A program made the translations under genes and the position numbers. From Legionellaceae bacterium (GTDB taxonomy: Bacteria > Pseudomonadota > Gammaproteobacteria > Legionellales > Legionellaceae): a stretch of DNA of 64,000 nt. Each line of letters begins with the position of its first letter. Within the stretch, counting starts at the first letter, position 1. The notes beneath the pieces are model-generated. The model saw only the letters and a list, made by a program, of their open reading frames with translations. It had not been told where the DNA came from and ran no database searches. Below are positions 28,940-39,091 of the stretch, piece after piece. Location of the stretch: assembly GCA_029212465.1 (NCBI GenBank), contig JARGNV010000004.1:41580-105579 (forward strand), read 5' to 3'.

Positions 28940-29986
28940 ATGCATGCTTCTTTACATGATATTGCAGCCATTGTTAAAGGGACTGTTATTGGCGATGAAA
29001 CATTGGTTATCGATGGCTTATCTCCTATTGATGAAATCAAAGCTGGCTCACTCATTTTTGCGGATGGTACAGACCATCTAAAACAAGCGGAGGAATCAGA
29101 AGCTGCAGCTGTTCTTGTTTCAAAAAGTATCTCTAATCTCAATAAACCACTCATCCAAGTTGCTGAGCCATTCCAGGCATTTATTCAACTTCTAAAACAT
29201 TTTTATCCAACGCCCACGCCCGAGCCAGGTATTCATCCTACAGCGATTATTGCGCCCGGTGTAACCCTTGGTAAAAATATCTCTATTGGTCCATACGTAA
29301 CCATCGACGCTGAAAGTAGCATTGGAGATAATTGCGTTATTAAAAGTCACGTACATATAGGAAGCCATGTAACCCTTAGTGCTGATACAACCATTCATCC
29401 GCACGTCACCATTTATAATTACTCCAAAATTGGTGCACGCGTCACAATTCATGCCTCATCAGTCATTGGTTCAGATGGTTTTGGCTACACAGCAGAAAGT
29501 GGTAAACATGTGAAAATACCTCACGTTGGACGCGTTGTCATCGAAGATGATGTCGAAATTGGTGCAAGCACTATTATTGACCGAGCGACTATTGGAGAGA
29601 CAATCATTGGGGAGGGAACAAAAATAGACAATCTTGTTCAAATAGCGCACTCTGTCAAACTAGGTCAGCACAATATTTTATGTGCCTTCACAGGTATTGC
29701 TGGCAGCACACACAGTGGTAACCATGTTATTTTTGCGGCAGGTGTTGGTGTGAGTGATCATGTCCGCATTGATGATGAAGTTATCCTAGGTGCACGCGCA
29801 GGCGTTCCACCTAAAAAGCACTTAAAGAAAGGGCTCATTTACCTTGGTGCTCCCGCAAGACCTCGTGAAAAAGCCATTGAACACGAAATGTCTACGACAC
29901 GTATTCCGCTCATGCGAAAACAACTCAAACGACTCAGTGAGCAAGTGAACCTGCTAAAAGAAAAACAAACCGAGTCAATCGATTAA
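28940..29986 (+). CDS. lpxD: UDP-3-O-acylglucosamine N-acyltransferase (LpxD paralog)
   Basis: N-terminus [36 protein letters not shown] followed by left-handed beta-helix hexapeptide repeats. Confidence 0.9.
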   Translation: MHASLHDIAAIVKGTVIGDETLVIDGLSPIDEIKAGSLIFADGTDHLKQAEESEAAAVLVSKSISNLNKPLIQVAEPFQAFIQLLKHFYPTPTPEPGIHPTAIIAPGVTLGKNISIGPYVTIDAESSIGDNCVIKSHVHIGSHVTLSADTTIHPHVTIYNYSKIGARVTIHASSVIGSDGFGYTAESGKHVKIPHVGRVVIEDDVEIGASTIIDRATIGETIIGEGTKIDNLVQIAHSVKLGQHNILCAFTGIAGSTHSGNHVIFAAGVGVSDHVRIDDEVILGARAGVPPKKHLKKGLIYLGAPARPREKAIEHEMSTTRIPLMRKQLKRLSEQVNLLKEKQTESID

Positions 29987-29993
29987 GTGAGAT

Positions 29994-32705
29994 GTGCTTG
30001 TGACAAAACCACCCTTTGTACTTGTTGATGGCTCCTCTTATTTTTTTCGCGCCTTTCATGCGCTCCCCCCCCTCACTAATAGTGAGGGGCACCCAACTGG
30101 TGCAGTCTATGGCGTAGTCAATATGATTCGGCGCCTCTTAAAAGATACCTCACCCGAACAGTTTGCAGTTGTTTTCGATACCCCCGGTAAAAATTTTAGG
30201 CATGATTTATACCCTGAATATAAAGCCAATCGCCCACCAATGCCTGAAGACCTCAAGCGACAATTTGAACCCCTCATTAACACGTTAGAAGCACTTGGTT
30301 TTCCACTCTTAATGATTGAAGGCGTTGAAGCAGACGACGTTATTGGCACACTTGCAACCCAAGCTGAGCAAGCAGGCCTGTCTGTTCTCATCTCAACGGG
30401 TGATAAAGACATGGCACAACTTGTCAACCAGCAGATTACTCTCATCAACACGATGAGCCGGCAAGTCTTAGACCCGGCAGGAGTACTCGCCAAGTTTGGC
30501 GTTCAACCCAGTCAAATTATCGATTACCTGACACTTGTTGGCGACACCAGTGATAATGTCCCAGGCGTCCCCCAATGCGGCCCTAAAACAGCCGTTAAGT
30601 GGCTCACAGCGCATCATACACTAGACAACTTGATGGCGCATGCCGATACAATTGGAGGAAAAGTTGGAGAACGCCTAAGAGAAGCGCTCCCAACCCTTCC
30701 CCTCTCCAAGCAACTTATCACCATTAAAACAGATTTAGAATTACCTACAACACTTGATGCATTAAGGCCTAACCCACCTAATCGTGAACGCTTACTGTCT
30801 CTTGCTCGTAAACTTGAGGTCAACGTTTGGCTAAAGGAGTGGGGTAGTGACGCGGCGAAGCAAAGTCATGAGAACGCCCCGACACTACCCACTGAAGAAA
30901 AGCAAGCGCTTTCATTCGAAGTAATTCAGCACGAAACACAACTCGATGACTGGATAAAGCGTCTAGATAAAGCAACGCTTTGCTGTGTCGATACAGAGAC
31001 GACAAGCCTTGACCCTTTCTCAGCCTCGCTTGTCGGTATTGCACTTGCACTTGATACAGAGCACGCCGCATATATTCCGTTGACGCATAAAGATACATCA
31101 CCTCAGTTACCACTTACACATGTACTGAGTGCTTTGAAACCCTACTTAGAAAGCCCTCACTTAAAAAAAATAGGTCAAAACTTAAAGTATGACGCCGCTA
31201 TATTAAAGCAATACAATGTCCATTTAGCGCCTATCAGCTTTGACACGATGCTCGAGTCATATGTTTTAAATAGCACGGCAAGCCGCCATAATTTAGATGC
31301 CCTCGCCAAACATTATCTCAACCACGAAATGATTAAGTTTGAAGATGTCGTGGGGCGTGGTAAAAAAGCGATTTCTTTTGATGAAGTTAACATAAAAAAG
31401 GCAGCCGCCTACGCTGCCGAAGATGCACTCATTACCTTTCGGTTGCACGAGACACTGTATCCAACATTAAATGACTCTTTAAAGACCGTTTTAAAAGACA
31501 TTGAGATGCCGCTGGTGCCTGTTCTGGCGGACATCGAACACCACGGTGTATTAATCGATACAAAAGAGCTTGAGAGGCATGGACATACTTTACATACGCG
31601 TATTGAGTCTCTTGCAAATAAAGCCCATGCACTTGCAAATAAAGCCTTTAACTTAAACTCAACCAAGCAGCTTCAAACAATTCTTTATGATGAGCTAAAG
31701 TTACCTATACTTTCAAAAACACCAAAGGGTCAACCATCAACTGCTGAGTCAGTCCTACAGGAACTCGCCCTTGAATATCCACTTCCTGCCATTGTCCTTG
31801 AATATCGAAGCTTAACGAAGCTGCTGTCTACCTATGTAGAAGCATTACCCAAACGTATTCAAGCAAAAACTGGGCGCGTACATACCTCCTACAACCAAGC
31901 TGTTACGGCAACCGGTCGACTCTCATCTAGCGAGCCAAACTTACAAAATATTCCTATCCGCACTCAAGAGGGGCGACGTATCCGAAAAGCATTCATAGCT
32001 CCCGAAAATCATCTATTACTTGCTGCAGACTATTCTCAAATAGAACTCCGCATTATGGCACATCTCTCTGGTGACAAAGGCTTAAAGCATGCTTTCGATA
32101 ATGACTGGGATATACATGCAGCAACCGCTAGTGAAATCTTTTCCACACCACTTAAAAGCGTTACAACCGAACAAAGGAGGCATGCTAAAGCTATCAATTT
32201 TGGCCTCATTTATGGCATGTCTTCTTTTGGACTGAGTAAGCAACTAGGTGTCAGCAAAGAAGAGTCGAAAGCTTATATCAACCGTTACTTTGAACGCTAC
32301 CCGGGAGTATTACAATATATGGAAACAACTCGTGAGAAAGCTCACAAAAATGGTTATGTCGAAACTTTATTTGGACGGCGTCTTTATTTGCCTGAAATTA
32401 ATACTGCAAACAAAATACGTCAAAAAGCTGCAGAACGTACCGCTATCAATGCCCCCATGCAAGGCACTGCCGCTGATATTATCAAAAAAGCGATGATCAA
32501 TATTGCAGCCTGGCAACAAACACCTGACAGTCAATATACACGCATGATAATGCAGGTACATGATGAGCTAGTGTTTGAAGTTCCCAAAAACGTCCTCAAC
32601 ACAGTACAAGAAACCATAAAAAATCATATGGAGCAAGCCGCTCAACTGAGCGTGCCATTGCGTGTTTCAATTGGGGTAGGGCCCAACTGGGACGCAGCAC
32701 ACTAG
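29994..32705 (+). CDS. polA: DNA polymerase I
   Basis: 5'-3' exonuclease, 3'-5' exonuclease (DTETTSLD) and polymerase (QVHDELVFE) domains. GTG start; the GTG at 30000 is also possible. Confidence 0.97.
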   Translation: MLVTKPPFVLVDGSSYFFRAFHALPPLTNSEGHPTGAVYGVVNMIRRLLKDTSPEQFAVVFDTPGKNFRHDLYPEYKANRPPMPEDLKRQFEPLINTLEALGFPLLMIEGVEADDVIGTLATQAEQAGLSVLISTGDKDMAQLVNQQITLINTMSRQVLDPAGVLAKFGVQPSQIIDYLTLVGDTSDNVPGVPQCGPKTAVKWLTAHHTLDNLMAHADTIGGKVGERLREALPTLPLSKQLITIKTDLELPTTLDALRPNPPNRERLLSLARKLEVNVWLKEWGSDAAKQSHENAPTLPTEEKQALSFEVIQHETQLDDWIKRLDKATLCCVDTETTSLDPFSASLVGIALALDTEHAAYIPLTHKDTSPQLPLTHVLSALKPYLESPHLKKIGQNLKYDAAILKQYNVHLAPISFDTMLESYVLNSTASRHNLDALAKHYLNHEMIKFEDVVGRGKKAISFDEVNIKKAAAYAAEDALITFRLHETLYPTLNDSLKTVLKDIEMPLVPVLADIEHHGVLIDTKELERHGHTLHTRIESLANKAHALANKAFNLNSTKQLQTILYDELKLPILSKTPKGQPSTAESVLQELALEYPLPAIVLEYRSLTKLLSTYVEALPKRIQAKTGRVHTSYNQAVTATGRLSSSEPNLQNIPIRTQEGRRIRKAFIAPENHLLLAADYSQIELRIMAHLSGDKGLKHAFDNDWDIHAATASEIFSTPLKSVTTEQRRHAKAINFGLIYGMSSFGLSKQLGVSKEESKAYINRYFERYPGVLQYMETTREKAHKNGYVETLFGRRLYLPEINTANKIRQKAAERTAINAPMQGTAADIIKKAMINIAAWQQTPDSQYTRMIMQVHDELVFEVPKNVLNTVQETIKNHMEQAAQLSVPLRVSIGVGPNWDAAH

Positions 32706-32738
32706 CACCTATGCCCCCAGACAAATCCTAGGACCACT

Positions 32739-33389
32739 TTAAAATACATCAACACCTAACTTCCCACCCACCAGCACTTTATCCGCAGAACGCTTCGCAA
32801 AAATGCCATTTTCAACCACACCAGGTAACAACTTAATAGCACTTTCCATTTTCATCGGTTCGTCTAGGTTTAAATGAAAAACATCCAAGATACAGTTTCC
32901 ATTATCTGTTACGAATCCTTCGCGGTAAACAGGATCTCCGCCAAGCTTAACCAACTCACGAGCAACCATACTACGCGCTAAAGGCAGCACTTCAACTGCA
33001 ACCGGAAAGCTCCCGAGCCGTCGAACAACCTTTGACTCATCCACCAAACAAATAAATTGTTTCGCAGCATTTGCAATAATCTTCTCGCGCGTTAAAGCCC
33101 CACCTCCGCCTTTAATCATGCTTCTATGATGTGTCACTTCATCAGCACCATCCACATATAATAAAAGCGGTGTTGCAACAGCTAACTCTATTACGGGTAA
33201 ACCCACTTCTCTCAATGCCAAGGCTGTTTCTTCTGAGCTTGCAACACACCCTTCAATACGGTGCTTAATTGTCGCAAGTGCCTGAATAAAATAAGCAATG
33301 GTTGAGCCTGTCCCTATCCCCAGTACTGTAATGTCATTATCCAAATGTTCAAGTGCGGCTTCTGCAACTTTTTGTTTTAATGCTTGCAT
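32739..33389 (-). CDS. rpiA: Ribose-5-phosphate isomerase A
   Basis: GIGTGST, DGADE and KGGGGALTREK motifs. Confidence 0.95.
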   Translation of the reverse strand: MQALKQKVAEAALEHLDNDITVLGIGTGSTIAYFIQALATIKHRIEGCVASSEETALALREVGLPVIELAVATPLLLYVDGADEVTHHRSMIKGGGGALTREKIIANAAKQFICLVDESKVVRRLGSFPVAVEVLPLARSMVARELVKLGGDPVYREGFVTDNGNCILDVFHLNLDEPMKMESAIKLLPGVVENGIFAKRSADKVLVGGKLGVDVF

Positions 33390-33430
33390 TCTAAAATACC
33401 TTTAAGCACATACTTTTCTTACTAAACAAT

Positions 33431-33455
33431 AAAAAAGCCGCACAAAGTGCGGCTT
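33431..33455 (-). terminator. Intrinsic terminator downstream of the outer-membrane protein gene
   Basis: On the minus strand: AAGCCGCAC-UUU-GUGCGGCUU followed by UUUUUAUU. Confidence 0.65.
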
Positions 33456-33479
33456 CCAAAAGAACAAATGTTCTTCAAC

Positions 33480-34271
33480 TTAAGCAAAGCGATACTCTAC
33501 ACCAAACAACACTACATCCAGCGTTGACGCTTTGAGATTAGCATTAGCACCCCCAAGGCCCGCAGGGCTTGTTGACAATGAGTATAGATTAATATCCATA
33601 CTTGAACCAAATGCATGCATCCAGGACGCTGTTGCAAGCCAGTTCTTATTAACAAAATAATGACCACCCAACTTAATTTCAGGCAATGTGTTTGTTATCA
33701 TTGTAGAAAGGGTATAAGTCCCAGGGAGACGGCCACCCAGTGCTGAGGTTGGTGAAGCGCCAAGGGCTTGTGGGTTTGCAGAAATTTTCGCTCTAAAATT
33801 CTGCATTAACGCACCTGCTTTAAAGAACAAGTCATACTTGGGTTGCATGTAGAAAATCCCTGCCAACACATCAAAGCCATATTGGTCAACATTCACTTTA
33901 AAAGCATTCGTGTTAACATTAACGCTTACCGATGGGTTTTGCTGCACGCGTGGCTTCATATCAACAGACCCGTAATACCCCCAACCCATCTCGGCACTAC
34001 CACCCCAAGTTTCAGAAAATGGATGTATCGCACCTACCGCAATACGTCCACCCCACCCATCTTTATTTTTATTCGAAGTAAAAGTAGCCAGTGGCGTACT
34101 ATCTTGGACCACATTAACGTAAAAACCATCTATTTGAGGCCACGCGTATAATGCCTCACCAGAGACAAATGGTATTAATACAGGCATGGGCTCTGCTGCT
34201 CCCATTGTTCCTGCATATGCTGACGCCATGCCCAAGAACAAAGCACAAGCTGGAAAAATTTTATTTCTCAT
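33480..34271 (-). CDS. Outer-membrane beta-barrel protein, possibly of the Legionella major OMP family
   Basis: Signal peptide MRNKIFPACALFLGMASAYA|GT and C-terminal ...GVEYRFA. The start was moved to the ATG at 34271, which has a GGAG SD. Confidence 0.7.
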   Translation of the reverse strand: MRNKIFPACALFLGMASAYAGTMGAAEPMPVLIPFVSGEALYAWPQIDGFYVNVVQDSTPLATFTSNKNKDGWGGRIAVGAIHPFSETWGGSAEMGWGYYGSVDMKPRVQQNPSVSVNVNTNAFKVNVDQYGFDVLAGIFYMQPKYDLFFKAGALMQNFRAKISANPQALGASPTSALGGRLPGTYTLSTMITNTLPEIKLGGHYFVNKNWLATASWMHAFGSSMDINLYSLSTSPAGLGGANANLKASTLDVVLFGVEYRFA

Positions 34272-34518
34272 GATTATCTCCATTTTCTTTTCAATCACTT
34301 CCAAAATTATGATGCCCCGCCTTTCATAATTTACAGAAAAGAAAACCGAAGCAAAGAAAACCAACAAGTTACAGATTATTCTAAGTGCATTTGAAAATCA
34401 AACATTTAAAGCACGTTTTTAAATAAAAAAAAATTAAAGCTCAATTTCAAGAAGGTATTGCCTAAATTTGAGCAGAATGTTACCCTGTATAGCTTGCTGT
34501 TTTATCTTGGAGTGTTCA

Positions 34519-35796
34519 ATGGCTGTTTCTTTTATGGAGGATAAACAACTCTTTTTTTCATCCGCCCCCAATAAAAGACCCGATGCACACTCAAAATCAC
34601 TCGCATTCTTGAATACGAATCACGATAAGATTGAAAAAGAAAAAGCCACTCTAAAGGCAGCACTAGATGCACTTAAAATAGATACAGCCAGTGCAGTGAA
34701 AAACAATGAAAAGCGAGAACAGTATCGCCTGTGGTACCTCTATTGCTGTGACTTGCTAAAAACCTATCACAAAGCAAGAAACGAGCCCGCAGAATCACCC
34801 GAAAGTTGGGTCAACTATGTTCACGATAACATCGGCTATGTCCATGGATTTCGTATTTTATTAGCTTTTTCGCGTATCACTGATGAACTACTGATTCACA
34901 TGATGAACGATGCGAAGTGGTTTGATCAATTAAATCGGTCAATTGCGCCAATTTTTAACTTTGATCAATCCATCAACATATTGAATCTCCCCGTTCAAAC
35001 ATTTTATATTTTGAGTTTCTCCCTGCTAGGCCTTCGTCTTGTCATAGAATTGGCTCGCATTTTGAAACACACCTTTAAACCGACCGAACAAGAGCTGAAG
35101 GCACTCAGTGCTTGGGGCCGTTTCTGTCACGAAGCGCATAAGTATCGCTTCAACCTTGCAAACGATATTGTTTGGGGGGTACTCAATGCAATTAATAACG
35201 CTCCCTTAATGCTTGTCTGTGTTCTTTTTGACCTAAGCGTAACCCTATATCGCCAACGCGAAACACAGCTCGCCTACAAAGAGAAAAAAGCTGAATATGA
35301 GCTATTGCTGTCTCTCAACAAACACGATGAAGTCATTCAACAACAATTGAAGGCACTTCAATTAAGCCATACCGAAACCACTGCAACACTGAGGCTAATG
35401 TTGATTGCGACCAGTGAGATACTCATTGGATTATCGATGCTGCTAGCAGCCCCAATTCCCATCCTCGCGCCCATTGGATCTTTTTTATGTGTCATCGGAT
35501 TTGCTATCTGTCTTTCAGCAGATATTTATGGTGACTATGAGAAAAAAACTGAGCTTTTAAAACAACTCAAAGCTGATGGTAAAAGTCATGCAGAAATTGA
35601 AAAAGCAGAACAGGCGCAACTAGATGCTTGGAACAAGGGGTGGACTACCTTCACAAAGAATGCCATTCTTCCTACACTTTTCATCGGTATGTTTGCCATT
35701 TGTTGGCCTGCGACCGTTCTGCTCGTCGCAGGCTACGCAGCTTACGAAATGAGCCAACAGAAAGAAGAAAAAACACCTCACCTCGCACCGGCTTAA
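34519..35796 (+). CDS. Hypothetical polytopic membrane protein with coiled-coil segments
   Basis: Several long hydrophobic segments, including a bilobed stretch of about 45 aa. The ATG at 34519 has GGAG 6 nt upstream. I recognise no family. Confidence 0.55.
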   Translation: MAVSFMEDKQLFFSSAPNKRPDAHSKSLAFLNTNHDKIEKEKATLKAALDALKIDTASAVKNNEKREQYRLWYLYCCDLLKTYHKARNEPAESPESWVNYVHDNIGYVHGFRILLAFSRITDELLIHMMNDAKWFDQLNRSIAPIFNFDQSINILNLPVQTFYILSFSLLGLRLVIELARILKHTFKPTEQELKALSAWGRFCHEAHKYRFNLANDIVWGVLNAINNAPLMLVCVLFDLSVTLYRQRETQLAYKEKKAEYELLLSLNKHDEVIQQQLKALQLSHTETTATLRLMLIATSEILIGLSMLLAAPIPILAPIGSFLCVIGFAICLSADIYGDYEKKTELLKQLKADGKSHAEIEKAEQAQLDAWNKGWTTFTKNAILPTLFIGMFAICWPATVLLVAGYAAYEMSQQKEEKTPHLAPA

Positions 35797-35871
35797 AAAG
35801 AAGCTCGCGATTTCTCCAAGGATGGAGTATTGTTCTTAACATATGAGAGTTTGAATTTTAGGAGCTAAAGG

Positions 35872-37803
35872 ATGAGCACTGAAGAACTACTGAAAAATTA
35901 CGCTAGTCGCTATACTGCAGAGAAAGAAGAAGAAATGAGTTTGGGCGATTACTTAACTCTCTGTAAAGAAGATCCCGCCGCTTATGCAAACCCCGCTGAA
36001 CGCCTGCTTATGGCCATCGGTGAGCCTGAGCTTAGTGATACACGACACGACCCCGTCTTATCCAGACTTTTCTCAAATAAGGTCATTCCACTTTATTCTG
36101 TTTTTGATGAGTTTTATGGCTTAGAAGAGCCCATTGAGCGCATTGTTGGTTTTTTAAAACACGCAGCACAGGGGCTTGAAGAAACCAAGCAGGTGCTCTA
36201 CCTATTGGGTCCTGTGGGGGGCGGAAAGTCATCTATTGCTGAGAAACTCAAAGATCTCATGCAAAAAATACCCTTTTATGCCATCAAAGGTTCCCCAGTC
36301 TTTGACTCTCCCCTTTCTCTCTTCGATAAAGAAGAAGATGGCTCTTTACTACGTGAACAGTACAATATTCCAAGCCGTGCACTGCGCTATGTTATGTCAC
36401 CTTGGGCGGTGAAACGACTTCATGAGTTTAATGGTGATATCAACCAATTTAAAGTGGTTAAAATTCACCCTTCTCGTTTAAAACAAATTGCCATTGCTAA
36501 AACAGAGCCAGGTGATGAAAACAATCAAGATATCTCTTCTCTGGTTGGAAAAATTGACATTCGGAAGCTCGAAGAATTTTCACAAGATGATGCCGATGCT
36601 TACAGCTACTCCGGTGGCTTATGTCACGCAAACCGAGGGCTTCTCGAGTTTGTTGAAATGTTTAAAGCCCCTATTAAGGTATTACACCCGTTACTCACGG
36701 CAACGCAAGAAGGCAACTATAATGCGACGGAAGGGCTCTCCTCACTGCCATTTGAAGGCATCATTCTTGCGCATTCGAATGAGTCAGAGTGGAAAACTTT
36801 CCGTAATAATAAAAATAATGAGGCATTCATTGATAGAATTAATATCGTCAAAGTGCCCTACTGCCTGCGTGTATCAGAAGAAATACGTATTTATAAGAAA
36901 CTTATCGAGAATAGCTCTTTGAAAAACGCGCCTTGCGCACCCGGCACACTCGATATGCTGGCAAAATTTTCTGTGCTAACACGCTTAAAAGAGCCTGAAA
37001 ATTCAAGTATTTACTCTAAATTACGCGTCTACAACGGCGAGAGCTTAAAAGACACCGACCCTAAAGCAAAATCATACCAAGAATACCGAGACTTTGCCGG
37101 GGTTGATGAAGGTATGAATGGTATTTCAACCCGTTTTGCCTTTAAAATCCTCTCCAAGGTCTTCAATTTTGATCATACAGAAGTTGCAGCAAACCCTGTT
37201 CATTTACTCTACGTTTTAGAGCGACAAATTGAACAAGAGCAATTTCCAGAAGAAGTCAGTGAGCGCTACCTAAACTTTATTAAAGAATTTTTATCTCCCA
37301 AATATGTCGAATTTATTGGAAAAGAAATTCAAACGGCCTACCTCGAGTCTTACTCTGAGTATGGGCAAAATATTTTCGACCGCTATATCACCTACGCTGA
37401 CTTTTGGATTCAAGACCAAGATTATCGTGATCCTGATACCGGTGAGATTCTCGACCGAGCAGCCCTCAATACAGACTTAGAGAAAATTGAGAAACCCGCA
37501 GGTATTTCAAATCCCAAAGACTTTCGAAATGAAGTGGTCAACTTTGTATTACGCGCACGTGCAAATAATCAAGGGAAAAATCCACGCTGGAATAGCTACG
37601 AGAAACTAAAAACCGTCATTGAGAAGAAGATGTTTACCAATACGGAAGATTTGCTACCTGTTATTTCCTTTAATGCAAAAGCAACCGAGGAAGAAAAAAC
37701 CAAACACGCAGAGTTTATTGCACGCATGGAAGAAAAAGGATACACCGCAAAACAAGTGCGTCTCCTGTGTGAGTGGTATCTCCGTGTTCGAAAATCTCAG
37801 TAA
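35872..37803 (+). CDS. prkA: PrkA/YeaG family serine protein kinase
   Basis: Walker A GPVGGGKSS and full-length collinearity with YeaG/PrkA (643 aa). Confidence 0.93.
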   Translation: MSTEELLKNYASRYTAEKEEEMSLGDYLTLCKEDPAAYANPAERLLMAIGEPELSDTRHDPVLSRLFSNKVIPLYSVFDEFYGLEEPIERIVGFLKHAAQGLEETKQVLYLLGPVGGGKSSIAEKLKDLMQKIPFYAIKGSPVFDSPLSLFDKEEDGSLLREQYNIPSRALRYVMSPWAVKRLHEFNGDINQFKVVKIHPSRLKQIAIAKTEPGDENNQDISSLVGKIDIRKLEEFSQDDADAYSYSGGLCHANRGLLEFVEMFKAPIKVLHPLLTATQEGNYNATEGLSSLPFEGIILAHSNESEWKTFRNNKNNEAFIDRINIVKVPYCLRVSEEIRIYKKLIENSSLKNAPCAPGTLDMLAKFSVLTRLKEPENSSIYSKLRVYNGESLKDTDPKAKSYQEYRDFAGVDEGMNGISTRFAFKILSKVFNFDHTEVAANPVHLLYVLERQIEQEQFPEEVSERYLNFIKEFLSPKYVEFIGKEIQTAYLESYSEYGQNIFDRYITYADFWIQDQDYRDPDTGEILDRAALNTDLEKIEKPAGISNPKDFRNEVVNFVLRARANNQGKNPRWNSYEKLKTVIEKKMFTNTEDLLPVISFNAKATEEEKTKHAEFIARMEEKGYTAKQVRLLCEWYLRVRKSQ

Positions 37804-37819
37804 AAGGTGACTTTTAGTT

Positions 37820-39091
37820 ATGAGTCAATTGATTGATCGACGATTAAACGCCGGAAAAAAAAGCACTGTCAATCGACAGCGCTTTTTACGGCGTTACAAG
37901 CGCCAAATCAAAGAGGCTGTCTCAAAAGCCATTGGCAAACGCAGTATTACAGGTATTGACTGCGAGGAACAAATCACAATTCCTGCCAGAGACATTGCCG
38001 AACCTCGCTTTGCACAAGGCCCAGGCGGACATGTCGAGCGCATTTTGCCTGGCAACGATCGCTTTCTTGAAGGCGATAAAATCAAACGTCCCCCACAAAA
38101 TGGCCAAGGCAGCGGGGGGGGCGGACAAGCCAGTAATGAAGGAGAGGGAAGTGACGATTTTGTCTTTGAACTCTCACGAGATGAGTTTCTTGAGCTCTAT
38201 TTCGAAGATTTAGCACTACCTGATTTAATCAAGAAAGAGCTCGCCAAAATGGATACCCCCAAAACGGTACGAGCAGGGCTCACAACCAGCGGGGTTCCAA
38301 CAAACCTAAATATCGTACGTTCAATGCGACAAGCAACCGGGCGCCGCCTTGCGCTCGCAGCCCCCTATAAACGAGAACTACGTGAAATAAAACAAACGCT
38401 CAAAGCCTTAAAAAAAGAAGTCGTGCCAGACGAAGAAAAACAAGCAGCACTCAAAGAGCGCATGGAATATCTCAAGCGAAAAATTAAGAGTATTCCTTTT
38501 TTAGATACACTCGACCTACGTTATAACAATCGCATTAAAATTCCAGCGCCCACCACACAAGCTGTTATGTTTTGTATTATGGATGTATCAGGCTCTATGG
38601 ATGAGGCTAAAAAAGATATTGCCAAACGCTTTTTCATTTTATTGTATCTTTTTCTCACTAAAAACTATCAAAAAATAGAACTTGTATTTATTCGACATCA
38701 TACCTCCGCTAAAGAGGTCTCTGAAGAAGAATTCTTCTACTCAAGAGAAACAGGTGGTACTGTGGTCTCTAGTGCTCTTGAGCTACTTGATGAAATCATT
38801 ACAAGTCGTTTCCCTCCCAATGCATGGAACATTTACGTCGCTCAAGCATCAGACGGAGACAACTGGAACGCAGACTCCCCAAGATGCCAGGAGTTATTGC
38901 GTGACCGCATTATTCCTCTTTTGCAGTATTTTGCCTACGTCGAAATCATGCCTCGCCACCATCAAAGTTTATGGGAGGTATATGAAACGCTAGCACATGC
39001 CCATCCCAACTTTTGTATGGAGAGCATTGATAAAGTCAGCGATATTTATCCTGTATTCCGCGAACTCTTCAAAAGGAAGACGACCGCATGA
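37820..39091 (+). CDS. yeaH: YeaH/DUF444 family protein
   Basis: Gly-rich NGQGSGGGGQASNEGEGS linker and a vWA-like C-terminal half (FCIMDVSGSM). Canonical position after prkA. Confidence 0.9.
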   Translation: MSQLIDRRLNAGKKSTVNRQRFLRRYKRQIKEAVSKAIGKRSITGIDCEEQITIPARDIAEPRFAQGPGGHVERILPGNDRFLEGDKIKRPPQNGQGSGGGGQASNEGEGSDDFVFELSRDEFLELYFEDLALPDLIKKELAKMDTPKTVRAGLTTSGVPTNLNIVRSMRQATGRRLALAAPYKRELREIKQTLKALKKEVVPDEEKQAALKERMEYLKRKIKSIPFLDTLDLRYNNRIKIPAPTTQAVMFCIMDVSGSMDEAKKDIAKRFFILLYLFLTKNYQKIELVFIRHHTSAKEVSEEEFFYSRETGGTVVSSALELLDEIITSRFPPNAWNIYVAQASDGDNWNADSPRCQELLRDRIIPLLQYFAYVEIMPRHHQSLWEVYETLAHAHPNFCMESIDKVSDIYPVFRELFKRKTTA

